DNA of 64,000 nucleotides from Candidatus Eiseniibacteriota bacterium (GTDB lineage Bacteria > Eisenbacteria > RBG-16-71-46). The stretch spans positions 52,177 to 116,176 of the forward strand of contig JBGPFC010000009.1 in assembly GCA_041483195.1 (NCBI GenBank). The letters run 5' to 3'. The translations under genes and the position numbers were made by a program. Below, piece by piece: positions 52,961 through 61,905 of the stretch. The notes under the pieces were generated by a model. It saw only the letters and a list, made by a program, of their open reading frames with translations, searched no databases and had not been told where the DNA came from. How positions within the stretch are numbered: position 1 is the first letter of the stretch; each line of letters starts with the position of its first letter.

Positions 52961-53543
52961 TTCTTCCCTCCTCACGTTCCATCGTGGTCGCAGTGCTCGA
53001 CACCCGGTAGGTGCTCACCACCGTCTCGCCGTATCGCCGCGTTCTCACGCGCCCCGCGTGACCGCTCGCCTCCGGCCATGCATCCTTCGCGTGGTGCTCG
53101 ACGATCACGCGCGTCCCATCATGGAGCACGCCCGGAGCGCCCAGCCCGGCGAGGGTCTCGATCGCCGTCCCCCCGCCGTACGGCGGATCCATGAATACCA
53201 CGTCCGCTTGGCGGAGCGCTCCCGCGATCCTCGAGAGCCCGCGCGGCAGCGTGAGCGCCCAGACCCTGGCGCTGTTCCCGAGCGCGAGCGTTTCGAGGTT
53301 CGCCTCGAGCGCCAGGCGCGCGATGCGGTCCGACTCCACGAAATCGACGCGAGCCGCGCCGCGCGAGAGCGCCTCGATGCCGAGCGCGCCGCTCCCCGCG
53401 TAGAGATCGACCACGCGCAATCCCGCGAGTGGCTCCAGCGTCATGAACAGCGCCTCGCGAACGCGATCGGAGGTCGGGCGCGTGCCGCGACCACGCGGAG
53501 CGGTGAGGCGCCGCCCGCCGAGCGCGCCGGCGATCACGCGCAT
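52950..53543 (-). CDS. rsmD: 16S rRNA m2G966 methyltransferase
   Basis: MRVIAG, RPTSDRVREALF, DLYAGSG, DPPY. Confidence 0.95.
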   Translation of the reverse strand: MRVIAGALGGRRLTAPRGRGTRPTSDRVREALFMTLEPLAGLRVVDLYAGSGALGIEALSRGAARVDFVESDRIARLALEANLETLALGNSARVWALTLPRGLSRIAGALRQADVVFMDPPYGGGTAIETLAGLGAPGVLHDGTRVIVEHHAKDAWPEASGHAGRVRTRRYGETVVSTYRVSSTATTMEREEGRNGH

Positions 53544-53652
53544 GGGAGGGCCGCCAGTGTCGGCCACCGGCCCCGGAGTGTCAAACGGGAGGCGATCGCT
53601 TTCCCGTGGCGGGGTAATGGGTTAGCGTCGAGGCCTGAGATCAGTTCGATAC

Positions 53653-54339
53653 TCACGGCAGCTCCACGACTCGGACGCCTTCCGGCGGCACCAGCAGGAA
53701 CGAGGAGCGGCCCCGGGGCCGTTGAAATCGCCAGCCCGAGAATCGATAGCTCACGCGGCTGTCGCTCGAGTCGCGGTATTCGAGCTCCGCGGGGAGGCCC
53801 TGAGCGTCGAGGCTCACCCAGGCGGTGTCCGCCGCGAAATCTTCAGTGGAGGGAGACACCACCGCGTAGCGGCGCGCGGAGAGCGCGCGCTCCACGAAGC
53901 GCGATCCATCGCCGGGCAGCAGAAGCTCCCACCATCGCAGCCCGGCCGCCGCGCTGCGCGGGCCGAGGCGAAGCATCTGCTGCAGCGCGGGCTGCAGCCA
54001 TTCCCCACCGTCGGAGCGCAGCGCGATCCGCTCGCCGGTCGCGGGGAATTCGAGGAGCGCGCGATCGGGGAGCTCGAGCGTGAGACGGCCGCGGGCGCTG
54101 CGTGCCAATCCGGTGACCGGATCCAGCGCGCGGCGTTCGATCGTCGCCGCCGCGCGCCCGTTCGCCAGCAGGCGTCGCGCGAACGCGCGCGCCGAAGCGA
54201 GCCCATCCGCCGCCGCGGGGGTCGTGGCGCCCGCATGATCCGTGACGCCAGCTGCGGGCCGCACCCCCGCGCCGAGCGCGACCAGCAGCGCCGCCGGGAG
54301 CGGCAGGAACCGGACAACGGCCCTCGTCACCACCTTCAA
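53653..54339 (-). CDS. LolA-like periplasmic lipoprotein carrier
   Basis: Signal peptide; G.LTLE.PDR, SDG, C-terminal F.LVPPEGVRVV as in LolA folds. Confidence 0.6.
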   Translation of the reverse strand: MKVVTRAVVRFLPLPAALLVALGAGVRPAAGVTDHAGATTPAAADGLASARAFARRLLANGRAAATIERRALDPVTGLARSARGRLTLELPDRALLEFPATGERIALRSDGGEWLQPALQQMLRLGPRSAAAGLRWWELLLPGDGSRFVERALSARRYAVVSPSTEDFAADTAWVSLDAQGLPAELEYRDSSDSRVSYRFSGWRFQRPRGRSSFLLVPPEGVRVVELP

Positions 54340-54340
54340 G

Positions 54341-55144
54341 TCAGAGCCCTCTCGCGCGCTCGATGGCGCGCCGAACCTGGGACCACTCGAGGCGTTCGGC
54401 GCCGTCCGGGATGCGCAACACCAGACGCTCCGGGGCCGGATGCTCGTTCCTCCACACCCGCGTGAGCTTCAGGATGAGCTTGAACCGTCCGGCCTCGTCC
54501 TGGAGCTCGACCATCGCGGGCCATGCCGCGCCCTCCACGAACGTCCATCCGCGATAGGTCGCGCGTACGCTCACTCCCGGCCTGCGATGAAAGGCGGCGG
54601 TGCGCGGCAGGCCATTCGCTCCGATCGCGATCGAGAGCGAGTCCCCCGCCTCCTCCCAGCTCACCACCCGCAGCGAATCCTGGGTGGTCGCGCGCGCCCA
54701 CGCCGCGGCCGGCGGGCGCCAGCTCGCGCTGAGCACGCGGTAGCCGAGCGCACCCGGTGAGCGGAGACCGAGCGAGTCGACCGCCGCGTCGAGCCGGATG
54801 CCCATCCGGCGCGATGGAACGTAGGCGGCGAGCGAGTCGCCGTGCGCCGCGCAATCCAACGCCACGCCGAACATCGAGTCGACCCGCAGCCGGAATGCGT
54901 CGGGGCCGGACACCGCGAGCGTGGCGTGCATGCCAGGAATCTGGCCGACCGCGTCCCCGCGCAGCCACGCGCTGACCTCCGCATCCACGGCGCCCCCCAT
55001 CGCCTCGCGGCGCGCGAGTGCCCGCGCATAGCGCGCGGCCGCCGGACCGAGTTCGAGCATCGGGGGAGCCACCCGATGTACGGCGCACGAGGCCGCAAGC
55101 AGCGCAAGCGACGCCGAGGCCAGCGCCCTCCATGCGGGACGCAT
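54341..55144 (-). CDS. Lipoprotein, LolB/DUF4292-like
   Basis: Lipobox LAASC; PDAFRLRV..FG; C-terminal L.IP; adjacent to the LolA-like gene. Confidence 0.55.
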   Translation of the reverse strand: MRPAWRALASASLALLAASCAVHRVAPPMLELGPAAARYARALARREAMGGAVDAEVSAWLRGDAVGQIPGMHATLAVSGPDAFRLRVDSMFGVALDCAAHGDSLAAYVPSRRMGIRLDAAVDSLGLRSPGALGYRVLSASWRPPAAAWARATTQDSLRVVSWEEAGDSLSIAIGANGLPRTAAFHRRPGVSVRATYRGWTFVEGAAWPAMVELQDEAGRFKLILKLTRVWRNEHPAPERLVLRIPDGAERLEWSQVRRAIERARGL

Positions 55145-55155
55145 CGGGAGCCGCC

Positions 55156-55701
55156 TCACGATCGCGGCCCGCGAATCACGGCCCGCACCGCATCGATCAC
55201 GGCCCCGGCGACCTGGGCCTCGGTCCGGCCATCGGTCGCGATCCGCAGGGAAGCGGCTTCCGCGTAGAGCGTCGCGCGCGCGGCCAGCAACCGTTCGAGC
55301 TCCGCCACCTCGTCCGCGCCGCGCAACAGCGGCCGCGTGTCGCCATCCGACTTCACGCGACGCGCGGCTTCGGTCGGCGTGACTTCGAGCCACACCACAT
55401 GACACCTGGCGCGCAGCGCCTCGCGGTGACGGGGATCGAGCACGACGCCGCCGCCGCAGGCCAGCACCAGCGCGCCCGCCGCGATGGCTCGCTCGAGCAG
55501 CTCGCTTTCACGCCGCCGGAACCAGGCCTCCCCCGAGCGCGCGAACAACTCGGCGATGCTGAGGCCCTCCTCGGCTTCGAGCATGGCGTCGAGATCGGCG
55601 ACCGCCGTGCCCAGACGCTCGCCCAGGATGCGCGCGACCGCGCTCTTGCCGGCTCCCATGAGCCCGATCAGGGCGATCGGGCGATCGAGGTCGAGGTTCA
55701 C
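55156..55701 (-). CDS. aroK: Shikimate kinase
   Basis: GLMGAGKS, DLD, GEAWFRRRE, CGGG, RPLL. Confidence 0.95.
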   Translation of the reverse strand: MNLDLDRPIALIGLMGAGKSAVARILGERLGTAVADLDAMLEAEEGLSIAELFARSGEAWFRRRESELLERAIAAGALVLACGGGVVLDPRHREALRARCHVVWLEVTPTEAARRVKSDGDTRPLLRGADEVAELERLLAARATLYAEAASLRIATDGRTEAQVAGAVIDAVRAVIRGPRS

Positions 55702-55765
55702 GCCGCGAGATTAGCACAGCGCGGCGCGAGACCTTTCGGGCGGCGGGCGTGTACGCCCAACGACG

Positions 55766-55794
55766 AGGCCGCCGGACCATCGGCCCGGCGGCCT
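55766..55794 (-). terminator. Hairpin after pilQ (terminator-like, no U tract)
   Basis: AGGCCGCCGG..CCGGCGGCCT stem. Confidence 0.4.
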
Positions 55795-55818
55795 TGCGCT
55801 ACTCGGTGCGTGCGGCCC

Positions 55819-57174
55819 TTACTTCGACGCCATCGGCTCGATCAATCGCGGGGTCACGAAGATGATGAGCTCGCGATTCTGGCGTGTGCTGTTGTCGGAT
55901 CTGAAGAGCGCGCCGACCAGCGGAATGTCCTTGAGCATCGGGACGCCGCGCCGGACGGTCGATTCGTTGGTGCGGATCAGGCCGCCGATGACCGCGGTCT
56001 GGCCGTCGTCCACCATGACGCGAGTGTCGGCCTCGCTGGTGTTGATGATCACGCCGCCCTGCACCGTGCTCTGGGTCGAGAGATCGCTGACTTCAGGATG
56101 CAGGTCCATGATGATCCGCTTGTCCTGCGTCAGGTGAGGCGTGACCTTGAGCTGAATGCCGATGGTCTGCAGCTGCGAGACCGGGTTGCCGGCGACGTCC
56201 TGGACGATGAGCGGAATCTTCTGGCCGACCAGGATCTTGGCTTCACGGTTGTCCACCGTCGTGATGCGCGGATTCGAGATGATGTTGGCCTTGCGGTTCT
56301 GCTCCAGCATCTGGAGCTGGGCTTCCAGTCCGCCCCAGCTCTTGAAGATGCCGTAGGTGAGCGTCGCGGCCGGGTCCGCGATCGTGTTCTTCACGTCGGG
56401 CCTGAGGGACTGCTGGGGATCCCGCCCCGGCTGGATGTCGGTCAGGGTCGCCGGCGAACCGCCCGGGGAGAAGTACTGTGACTCACCGCCGATTCTCCAG
56501 TCGACACCCAGGCCACGCAGCGCCTCGGCATCCACGTCCACCAGCTTGGCGGTGATTTCGATCTGCGGCGTGGTCGAGTCGAGCGACTGCGCCATCTCTT
56601 CGATTCGCGCGACGTTGACCGGCAGGTCGCTGACGATCAGCGAGTTGGTGCGCCGCTCCACCTGCACGCTGCCCCGTCGCGTCAGAGACGGCTGCAGCGC
56701 CGAGGCCAGTTCCCCGGCGTTCGCGTAGTTCAGCTTCACGATGCGGGTCTCGAGCGGCGCGAGCTCCATCTGCTTCGCCCTCGCCGTCTCACGATCCACC
56801 GCCTCGTTCTGCAGCTTCGTGGTTTCGTCCACGCGCAGGATGCCGCCATCGTTGACGTAGTCCAGACCGCTGCTGCGCAGGATCTCACGCAGCGCTTCCT
56901 GCCAGCCGACGTTCTTGACCGAAGCCCGGACCGTCGCCTTCACCCCGGTCGCGACCAGGATGTTCTGACCGCTGAATTCCGAAATTGCTCGCACCACGGT
57001 GCGGATGTCCGCGCCTTCAACGTCGAGGCTGAAGGTGCCCGATCCCGTGCGCACCAGGCCCACCTGTTGTGTGGCGCTCGGCGGCTGCTGCGCCGCCGCC
57101 GGGGTGGCCGACAGCACCGAGAGCCACGTGACGGCCATGAGAGCGAGGCCCATGAGGACCTTACCGGTTCGCAT
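55819..57174 (-). CDS. pilQ: Type IV pilus secretin (short, no AMIN domains)
   Basis: N0/N3 domains, LNYANA, RTNSLIV, SNPRITTVDN, VPMLKDIP, ELIIFVTPR. Confidence 0.93.
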   Translation of the reverse strand: MRTGKVLMGLALMAVTWLSVLSATPAAAQQPPSATQQVGLVRTGSGTFSLDVEGADIRTVVRAISEFSGQNILVATGVKATVRASVKNVGWQEALREILRSSGLDYVNDGGILRVDETTKLQNEAVDRETARAKQMELAPLETRIVKLNYANAGELASALQPSLTRRGSVQVERRTNSLIVSDLPVNVARIEEMAQSLDSTTPQIEITAKLVDVDAEALRGLGVDWRIGGESQYFSPGGSPATLTDIQPGRDPQQSLRPDVKNTIADPAATLTYGIFKSWGGLEAQLQMLEQNRKANIISNPRITTVDNREAKILVGQKIPLIVQDVAGNPVSQLQTIGIQLKVTPHLTQDKRIIMDLHPEVSDLSTQSTVQGGVIINTSEADTRVMVDDGQTAVIGGLIRTNESTVRRGVPMLKDIPLVGALFRSDNSTRQNRELIIFVTPRLIEPMASK

Positions 57175-57922
57175 TCGAATGATCTCCCTTCCGCGTCAAT
57201 GGAATAGCTACTGACTGGGTCTGACCGTCCATCGTGAGCTTCACCACGACGGCGTCCCGTCGAAGCGACTCGACGACGCCGTCCATGACCTTGTCGCCGG
57301 CGCGGAGCACGAGGCTGTTGCCGCGTCCGTCCTCGACCAGCGCGAAACGATCCTCGGAACCCCACACGATGCCGACCACCTTCATGCCGCCGACATCGAC
57401 GGGGGCGTCACCCCCGACATCCGCGCCGACGAAGTCGCCACCGACCATCGATTGAAACGGATCGCGGCGGCCGAGCGCGTTGTACTGGTAGGTGACCTGA
57501 TCGTCGAGATGCGCCGGGGTCTGCACCCCGATCGGTGCCTTGTTCGGATGCAGCGCCGCGACCGGAGCGGCCTTCGCCGGGGACGGCGCGGGCGTGAGGT
57601 TCACGGCCTTCGCCGGGGACGGCGCGGGCGTGACGTTCACGGGCTTCGCCGGGGACGGCGCGGGCGTGAGGTTCACGGCCTTCGCCGGGGACGGCACGGG
57701 CGTGACGTTCACGGCCTTGGTGACCGGCCGGGCCGGGACGACGACATGCGGCACGGGAGCCGCGGACGCGCCGGCATCACCCGGTGCGAGCCAGTCGGAC
57801 GCCGTACGCAGCACGACCGTGGTCACGCCACCCAGCAGCAGCCCCGCAGCCACGAGCGAGACCGCGGTGCGCGCGCTGCCGGCACCCGTTCCGCCCGTGT
57901 TCTCAGGACGCCTTGCGAACAT
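57161..57922 (-). CDS. pilP: Type IV pilus assembly protein PilP-like, with Pro/Ala repeat linker
   Basis: YNALGRRDPF and KVVGIVW...ALVED motifs; located between pilO and pilQ. Confidence 0.8.
   Translation of the reverse strand: MFARRPENTGGTGAGSARTAVSLVAAGLLLGGVTTVVLRTASDWLAPGDAGASAAPVPHVVVPARPVTKAVNVTPVPSPAKAVNLTPAPSPAKPVNVTPAPSPAKAVNLTPAPSPAKAAPVAALHPNKAPIGVQTPAHLDDQVTYQYNALGRRDPFQSMVGGDFVGADVGGDAPVDVGGMKVVGIVWGSEDRFALVEDGRGNSLVLRAGDKVMDGVVESLRRDAVVVKLTMDGQTQSVAIPLTRKGDHSNANR
57569..57718. repeat. 36-bp coding tandem repeat x4 (VN[L/V]TPAPSPAKA)
   Basis: Units start at 57569, 57605, 57641 and 57677, plus a partial copy. Confidence 0.95.
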
Positions 57923-58538
57923 TGGAGTCTCCTTCCTTTTTCGGTGCGGCGCTCGGGGTGGAGGGCGTCGTGTTCAGGCTGTAGGCCGATGCCGTGAAGT
58001 CGGCTCCGGTCGTGTACTCCAGGTTGGCGGTGTTGTTGGCCTTGAGGTGCACGTTCGCCACGGTGATGATGCGCCGAAGATTGGCCAGTTCGGCCATGAA
58101 GGAGGCGATCTGGTGGTAGCCGCCGTTCACAGTGATCTGGAGCGGCATTTCCGTGTAGTACTGCTCGCTCTTGGGTCCGCTCGGCCGGAACACGACGAAT
58201 TGCACGCCCGTCTGCTGCGCGGCGAGCGTGATCTTGCGCAGCAGCGCCGCGATCTGGCGGTCGGCCGGCAACAGCTCGGCCGCGAGCGACCAGCGCTCGT
58301 GCAGCTGGTCGTACTCAGCCTCGAAGCGTGGCAGGTCGGCGACCGTGGCGCGCGCGCGCGCCAGCTCGGTCTCCTTCTTCTCATACTCCGCCTTCAAGAC
58401 GTCGATCTTGTCCCGCTGGGTCGGATAGCCGAAAGGCAGGAAGTGAGTGAAGAAGAACACTCCCATGACGCCTCCCACGACGAGCGCGCTGAGGACGATT
58501 TTCTGAACCGCCGGGCTCTTGAGATCCAGGTTGGCCAT
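57903..58538 (-). CDS. pilO: Type IV pilus assembly protein PilO
   Basis: N-terminal TM, LLP...I..LL, YYTEMP, GGYHQIASF...LRRII. Confidence 0.92.
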   Translation of the reverse strand: MANLDLKSPAVQKIVLSALVVGGVMGVFFFTHFLPFGYPTQRDKIDVLKAEYEKKETELARARATVADLPRFEAEYDQLHERWSLAAELLPADRQIAALLRKITLAAQQTGVQFVVFRPSGPKSEQYYTEMPLQITVNGGYHQIASFMAELANLRRIITVANVHLKANNTANLEYTTGADFTASAYSLNTTPSTPSAAPKKEGDSNVRKAS

Positions 58539-58547
58539 GTCGTGCTC

Positions 58548-59117
58548 CTAGTTGGCGGGCTCGTCCGGCGTCACCTGGCAGGTGATGCGGAACTTGACCA
58601 CGTCCCGGTCGGCGAGCGATCCACGCTCCGCCACGTCGAGTTCCACGTTGGCGAACATGGGAGAACGCTCGAGCCAGGAGATGAAGTCGGATACCACGAG
58701 GTTCGAGAAGGTGACCCCCTCCAGATTGAGGGCGGAACTCGCATCCTGCGCTGCGCCCGTCAGCCAGAGGTGGTCTGGAACGCAGCGCGCGAGCTCATCC
58801 ATGAGCCGAACACTCTGCGTGCGCCCCTTCTCGAGTTTGGCGATGATGCCGAGTCGCAAGTCGAGCTCGGCCCGCTCCTGAGCCAGCCGGTTGACGCGCT
58901 CGATCTGCGGCGCGAGCGCGCGCGACTGCGCGTCCACCTCGGCAATCGAATGCGTGAGCGAGGCGGCGCGCGAGTGCATGGAGAGGGACGTGCCCGCGAC
59001 GACCAGCCCGGCTGCGACGATCAGCACCCCCGGCACCACCAGGTCCCCGGCCTTGAAGCTGAACGAGGCCTTCCGCTGCTGCTTTTCCTCCCGGGGGAGG
59101 AGATTGATGCGGATCAT
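58548..59117 (-). CDS. pilN: Type IV pilus assembly protein PilN
   Basis: MIRINLLP motif, TM helix, coiled coil, PDHLWL. Confidence 0.93.
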   Translation of the reverse strand: MIRINLLPREEKQQRKASFSFKAGDLVVPGVLIVAAGLVVAGTSLSMHSRAASLTHSIAEVDAQSRALAPQIERVNRLAQERAELDLRLGIIAKLEKGRTQSVRLMDELARCVPDHLWLTGAAQDASSALNLEGVTFSNLVVSDFISWLERSPMFANVELDVAERGSLADRDVVKFRITCQVTPDEPAN

Positions 59118-60169
59118 TTCTTGTCTCCCAGGCGGCGCAGGGCGAGCCCGATGCCGACCGTCAGAAGAGGCGCCACCTTCATGACGTCCTGCCCCGCGAA
59201 CAGCGCAGGGTCGTAGGCGATTCGGGTGAGGGGATTCGCGATCTCGGCCGGGACGCCGAATCGGCGGTTGAGGAACTCCGGAACCCCGGGGGTCAGCGCG
59301 CTGCCACCGCACAGCATGATGCGCGTGACCGGGCCCGCCTCACCGGCGGTGCGCAGGTAGGCCTGGGCCCGTTCGAGTGCGGTGGCGAGCCCCTCGCAAG
59401 CCTGCTCGATGACCGGCGTCATCTCCAGCCCCGCGCCGGACTCACCGCGGACCGCGGCGGCGGCTTCGGACTGGCTGAGATTGAATTTCCGCTGGGCGGC
59501 TTCCATGAAGGTGTTGCCGCCGACCTGGAGATCCTTCGTGAAGAACGGCACACCGGCCTGGGTGATGTTGATGTTCGTGATGTCCGCCCCGACGTTGAGG
59601 ATGGCGACGACCTCCTCGGGAGCGAAGTCGTAGTTCGCGGCGAGCGCGTTCTGGGCCGCGAACGAATCGACATCCACGATCAGCGGCTGCATGCCCGCCT
59701 CGCGGATCAGGTCGCTAAAGGACATCACCATGTCTTTCTTGGCCGCGACCAGCAGCACCTGCATCTGTTTCGGGTCGTTGGGCGCCGGCCCCAGAATCTC
59801 GAAGTCGAGCGACACGTCGTTGATGTCGTACGGGACGTGCTGCTCCGCTTCCCAGTAGACGGCCTGCTGCGCGTCCTCCGCCGAGAGCTTGTTCATGGTG
59901 ATCTTCTTGACGATCACCGCGCGGCCGCTCACCGCGGCCACGACGTTCTTCGAGTGGATGCCGCGCGACTCGAGCAGGTTGGAAATGGCGTCCGTCACCA
60001 TCTGGCGGTCCATGATCTCGCCGTCCACGATCGCTTCAGCGAGCGGGGCCGAGATTCCCCAGTTCGTCATACGGTATCCGCGGTTGGCCTGGGCCTCGAG
60101 CTCGACCGCCTTGATCGAGTGGCTGCCGATGTCCAGCCCCACGAGGGACTGCTTCTTTCCGAAAAGCAT
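59114..60169 (-). CDS. pilM: Type IV pilus assembly protein PilM
   Basis: VGLDIGSHSIK actin-like ATPase, VLLVAAKK, GGSA, IGLALR. Confidence 0.95.
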   Translation of the reverse strand: MLFGKKQSLVGLDIGSHSIKAVELEAQANRGYRMTNWGISAPLAEAIVDGEIMDRQMVTDAISNLLESRGIHSKNVVAAVSGRAVIVKKITMNKLSAEDAQQAVYWEAEQHVPYDINDVSLDFEILGPAPNDPKQMQVLLVAAKKDMVMSFSDLIREAGMQPLIVDVDSFAAQNALAANYDFAPEEVVAILNVGADITNINITQAGVPFFTKDLQVGGNTFMEAAQRKFNLSQSEAAAAVRGESGAGLEMTPVIEQACEGLATALERAQAYLRTAGEAGPVTRIMLCGGSALTPGVPEFLNRRFGVPAEIANPLTRIAYDPALFAGQDVMKVAPLLTVGIGLALRRLGDKK

Positions 60170-60391
60170 GTCGTCACTCCCTGAACGCGATTCGGCTTTC
60201 GGCCTTCACGCTTGGCTGGACCGCGGGTCCAGACCTGAACTCGCGGTATGACGGTGTTTCGGGCGCCGGCCGGGCCGTACGGCCCGCCGTCCATACCATC
60301 GGTCGGCGGCACTTCGTACTTGAGCAAGTTCTTGGAGGCGGCAGCGGGCCGTTCGAACTGCCCGGCGCGGGGCGCTCTCCCGCCCCGGCCG

Positions 60392-61144
60392 TTACTTGAG
60401 AATGACGACCGGCGTCCGCAGCCGCTTGATGGCCATGTCCCTGCGGCCGAGCGCGATGGCCGCGCGAATTTCCCGCATGTTGCGTTCTGCGATGTCGCGC
60501 AGGTACTGGTTGGGCGACTCGTGGAACACGGCCGCCCACAGTTCGTAGGCGACGCTCAGGTCACCCGCCTGCTGGCGTGCGAACGCCGCGAACCTGGCCG
60601 ATTGCGGCGGCGCGTCGGGCTGGCGCGCGGCCTGCTCGAAATACTCGGCCGCGCGGCGAAGGTCGCGCTGGCCGGGGCGCACGTAGTAGAGAAACCCCAT
60701 CTCGAACGCGAGCTGGCCGCTGCGCGGATTCGCCTCGAGACCCTTGAGCATGACGCGCTCCGCCCGCGTGAAGTCGCCACCTTCCTGGGCGAGCGCGAAG
60801 GCGCCGAAGATGTAAGGGGCAATGAATCCCGGCGACAGCTCGGTCAGGACGTCGAGTACGTGCGGGAACCGGGCGAAGCGGTTGTCGGTGCGACGGTGCT
60901 CGCCGTAGTACTGGACCCCGCGCAGCCAGGCCAGGTCGGCCGCGGTTTCGCTCTGCCCCAGCGTCGCGAGCCTCAGGTACCGGCCGCTGGGGTAGTACGA
61001 GAGCTCTTCGAGCGGACGCGGACGCGGCAGCACCTGCCACGCGGTCTGCGCCAGCGCGAACGCCGAGCATCCGGCCGCGAGCGCCACCGCCCACGCCCCC
61101 ATCATCCGCCGTTCGCGCAGTCCCGCCAGCGCCCCGGCGCTCAC
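60392..61144 (-). CDS. TPR-like protein associated with pilus ABC transporter (PilG/Xap-like)
   Basis: ADLAWLRGVQYYG, helical repeats (GFLYY..AAEYF); coupled to the ABC permease gene. Confidence 0.7.
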   Translation of the reverse strand: MSAGALAGLRERRMMGAWAVALAAGCSAFALAQTAWQVLPRPRPLEELSYYPSGRYLRLATLGQSETAADLAWLRGVQYYGEHRRTDNRFARFPHVLDVLTELSPGFIAPYIFGAFALAQEGGDFTRAERVMLKGLEANPRSGQLAFEMGFLYYVRPGQRDLRRAAEYFEQAARQPDAPPQSARFAAFARQQAGDLSVAYELWAAVFHESPNQYLRDIAERNMREIRAAIALGRRDMAIKRLRTPVVILK

Positions 61145-61905
61145 TTGAAGTCCCGAGACTCGAAGGCGGCTGCCCCGAGCGCGAGCACGCACCCGCAGTA
61201 GACCAGCGCGTAGGCGCTCGCGAGCCCCAGGTGAAGCGCGCTCGCGGTCTCGCCGCCCGCCGCGAGCGTCCTCAGATTGAACAGCGGAAGGTTAGGAACG
61301 AGATTGGCCGCGACCTTCAGGACCGGGGCCAGACCCGCCGGAAAGTGGTCGGCGAACGCGCGCAGATCGTAGCTCCACTGACCGACCAGGTAGAAGCCCA
61401 GCGTGTAGAGCGCCGACAGGACTGGCGTCGAGAGCGCGGAGAACATCACCGCCAGCGCGGTCACCACCGAGAGCTCGAGCGCCGCGCAATAGACGGCCGC
61501 GAACAGCGACGCCGCGTTCGGCTGGAATCCGCGCAGCGCGAGCAGAACCCACAGCGCGCCTCCCAGCGCGAACGCCACCAGCCACAACGCCGCGGACAGC
61601 CCCACCCACTTCCCGACCAGATAGGCCGGACGCGCGATCGGTCGCGACAGGAGGTTGTAGATGGTGCGGCGCTCGATTTCCTTGGCGACCAGGCTGGTGC
61701 CGACCATGATCACGATCAAGAGTCCAAGCAGCGAGATCCCGGAGAGTCCCAGGTCGATCGTGAGCCTTCGATCCTCGCCCATCGCCAGCGGGCTGAAGAC
61801 CTGGGTCGCGAGCAGCAGCACGACGCCGGCGACGCCGACCCCGGTGAGCAGCCGGTCGCGCGTGGCCTCGCGAAACGTGTTGCGCGCGATGAGCAGGGGA
61901 ATCAC
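61141..61905 (-). CDS. ABC-2 type permease (PilI-like)
   Basis: IARNTFREATRDR, KEIERRTIY.LLSRP, C-terminal FESRDF. Confidence 0.9.
   Translation of the reverse strand: MIPLLIARNTFREATRDRLLTGVGVAGVVLLLATQVFSPLAMGEDRRLTIDLGLSGISLLGLLIVIMVGTSLVAKEIERRTIYNLLSRPIARPAYLVGKWVGLSAALWLVAFALGGALWVLLALRGFQPNAASLFAAVYCAALELSVVTALAVMFSALSTPVLSALYTLGFYLVGQWSYDLRAFADHFPAGLAPVLKVAANLVPNLPLFNLRTLAAGGETASALHLGLASAYALVYCGCVLALGAAAFESRDFK

Noticed and set aside
55711..55737. TTAGCAC as a CIRCE half-site
   Set aside because: No matching GAGTGCTAA arm; better explained as the aroK extended -10 on the opposite strand.
57569..57718. 36-bp repeats as a possible CRISPR array
   Set aside because: Repeats are head-to-tail without spacers, in frame within pilP, and no cas genes are present.
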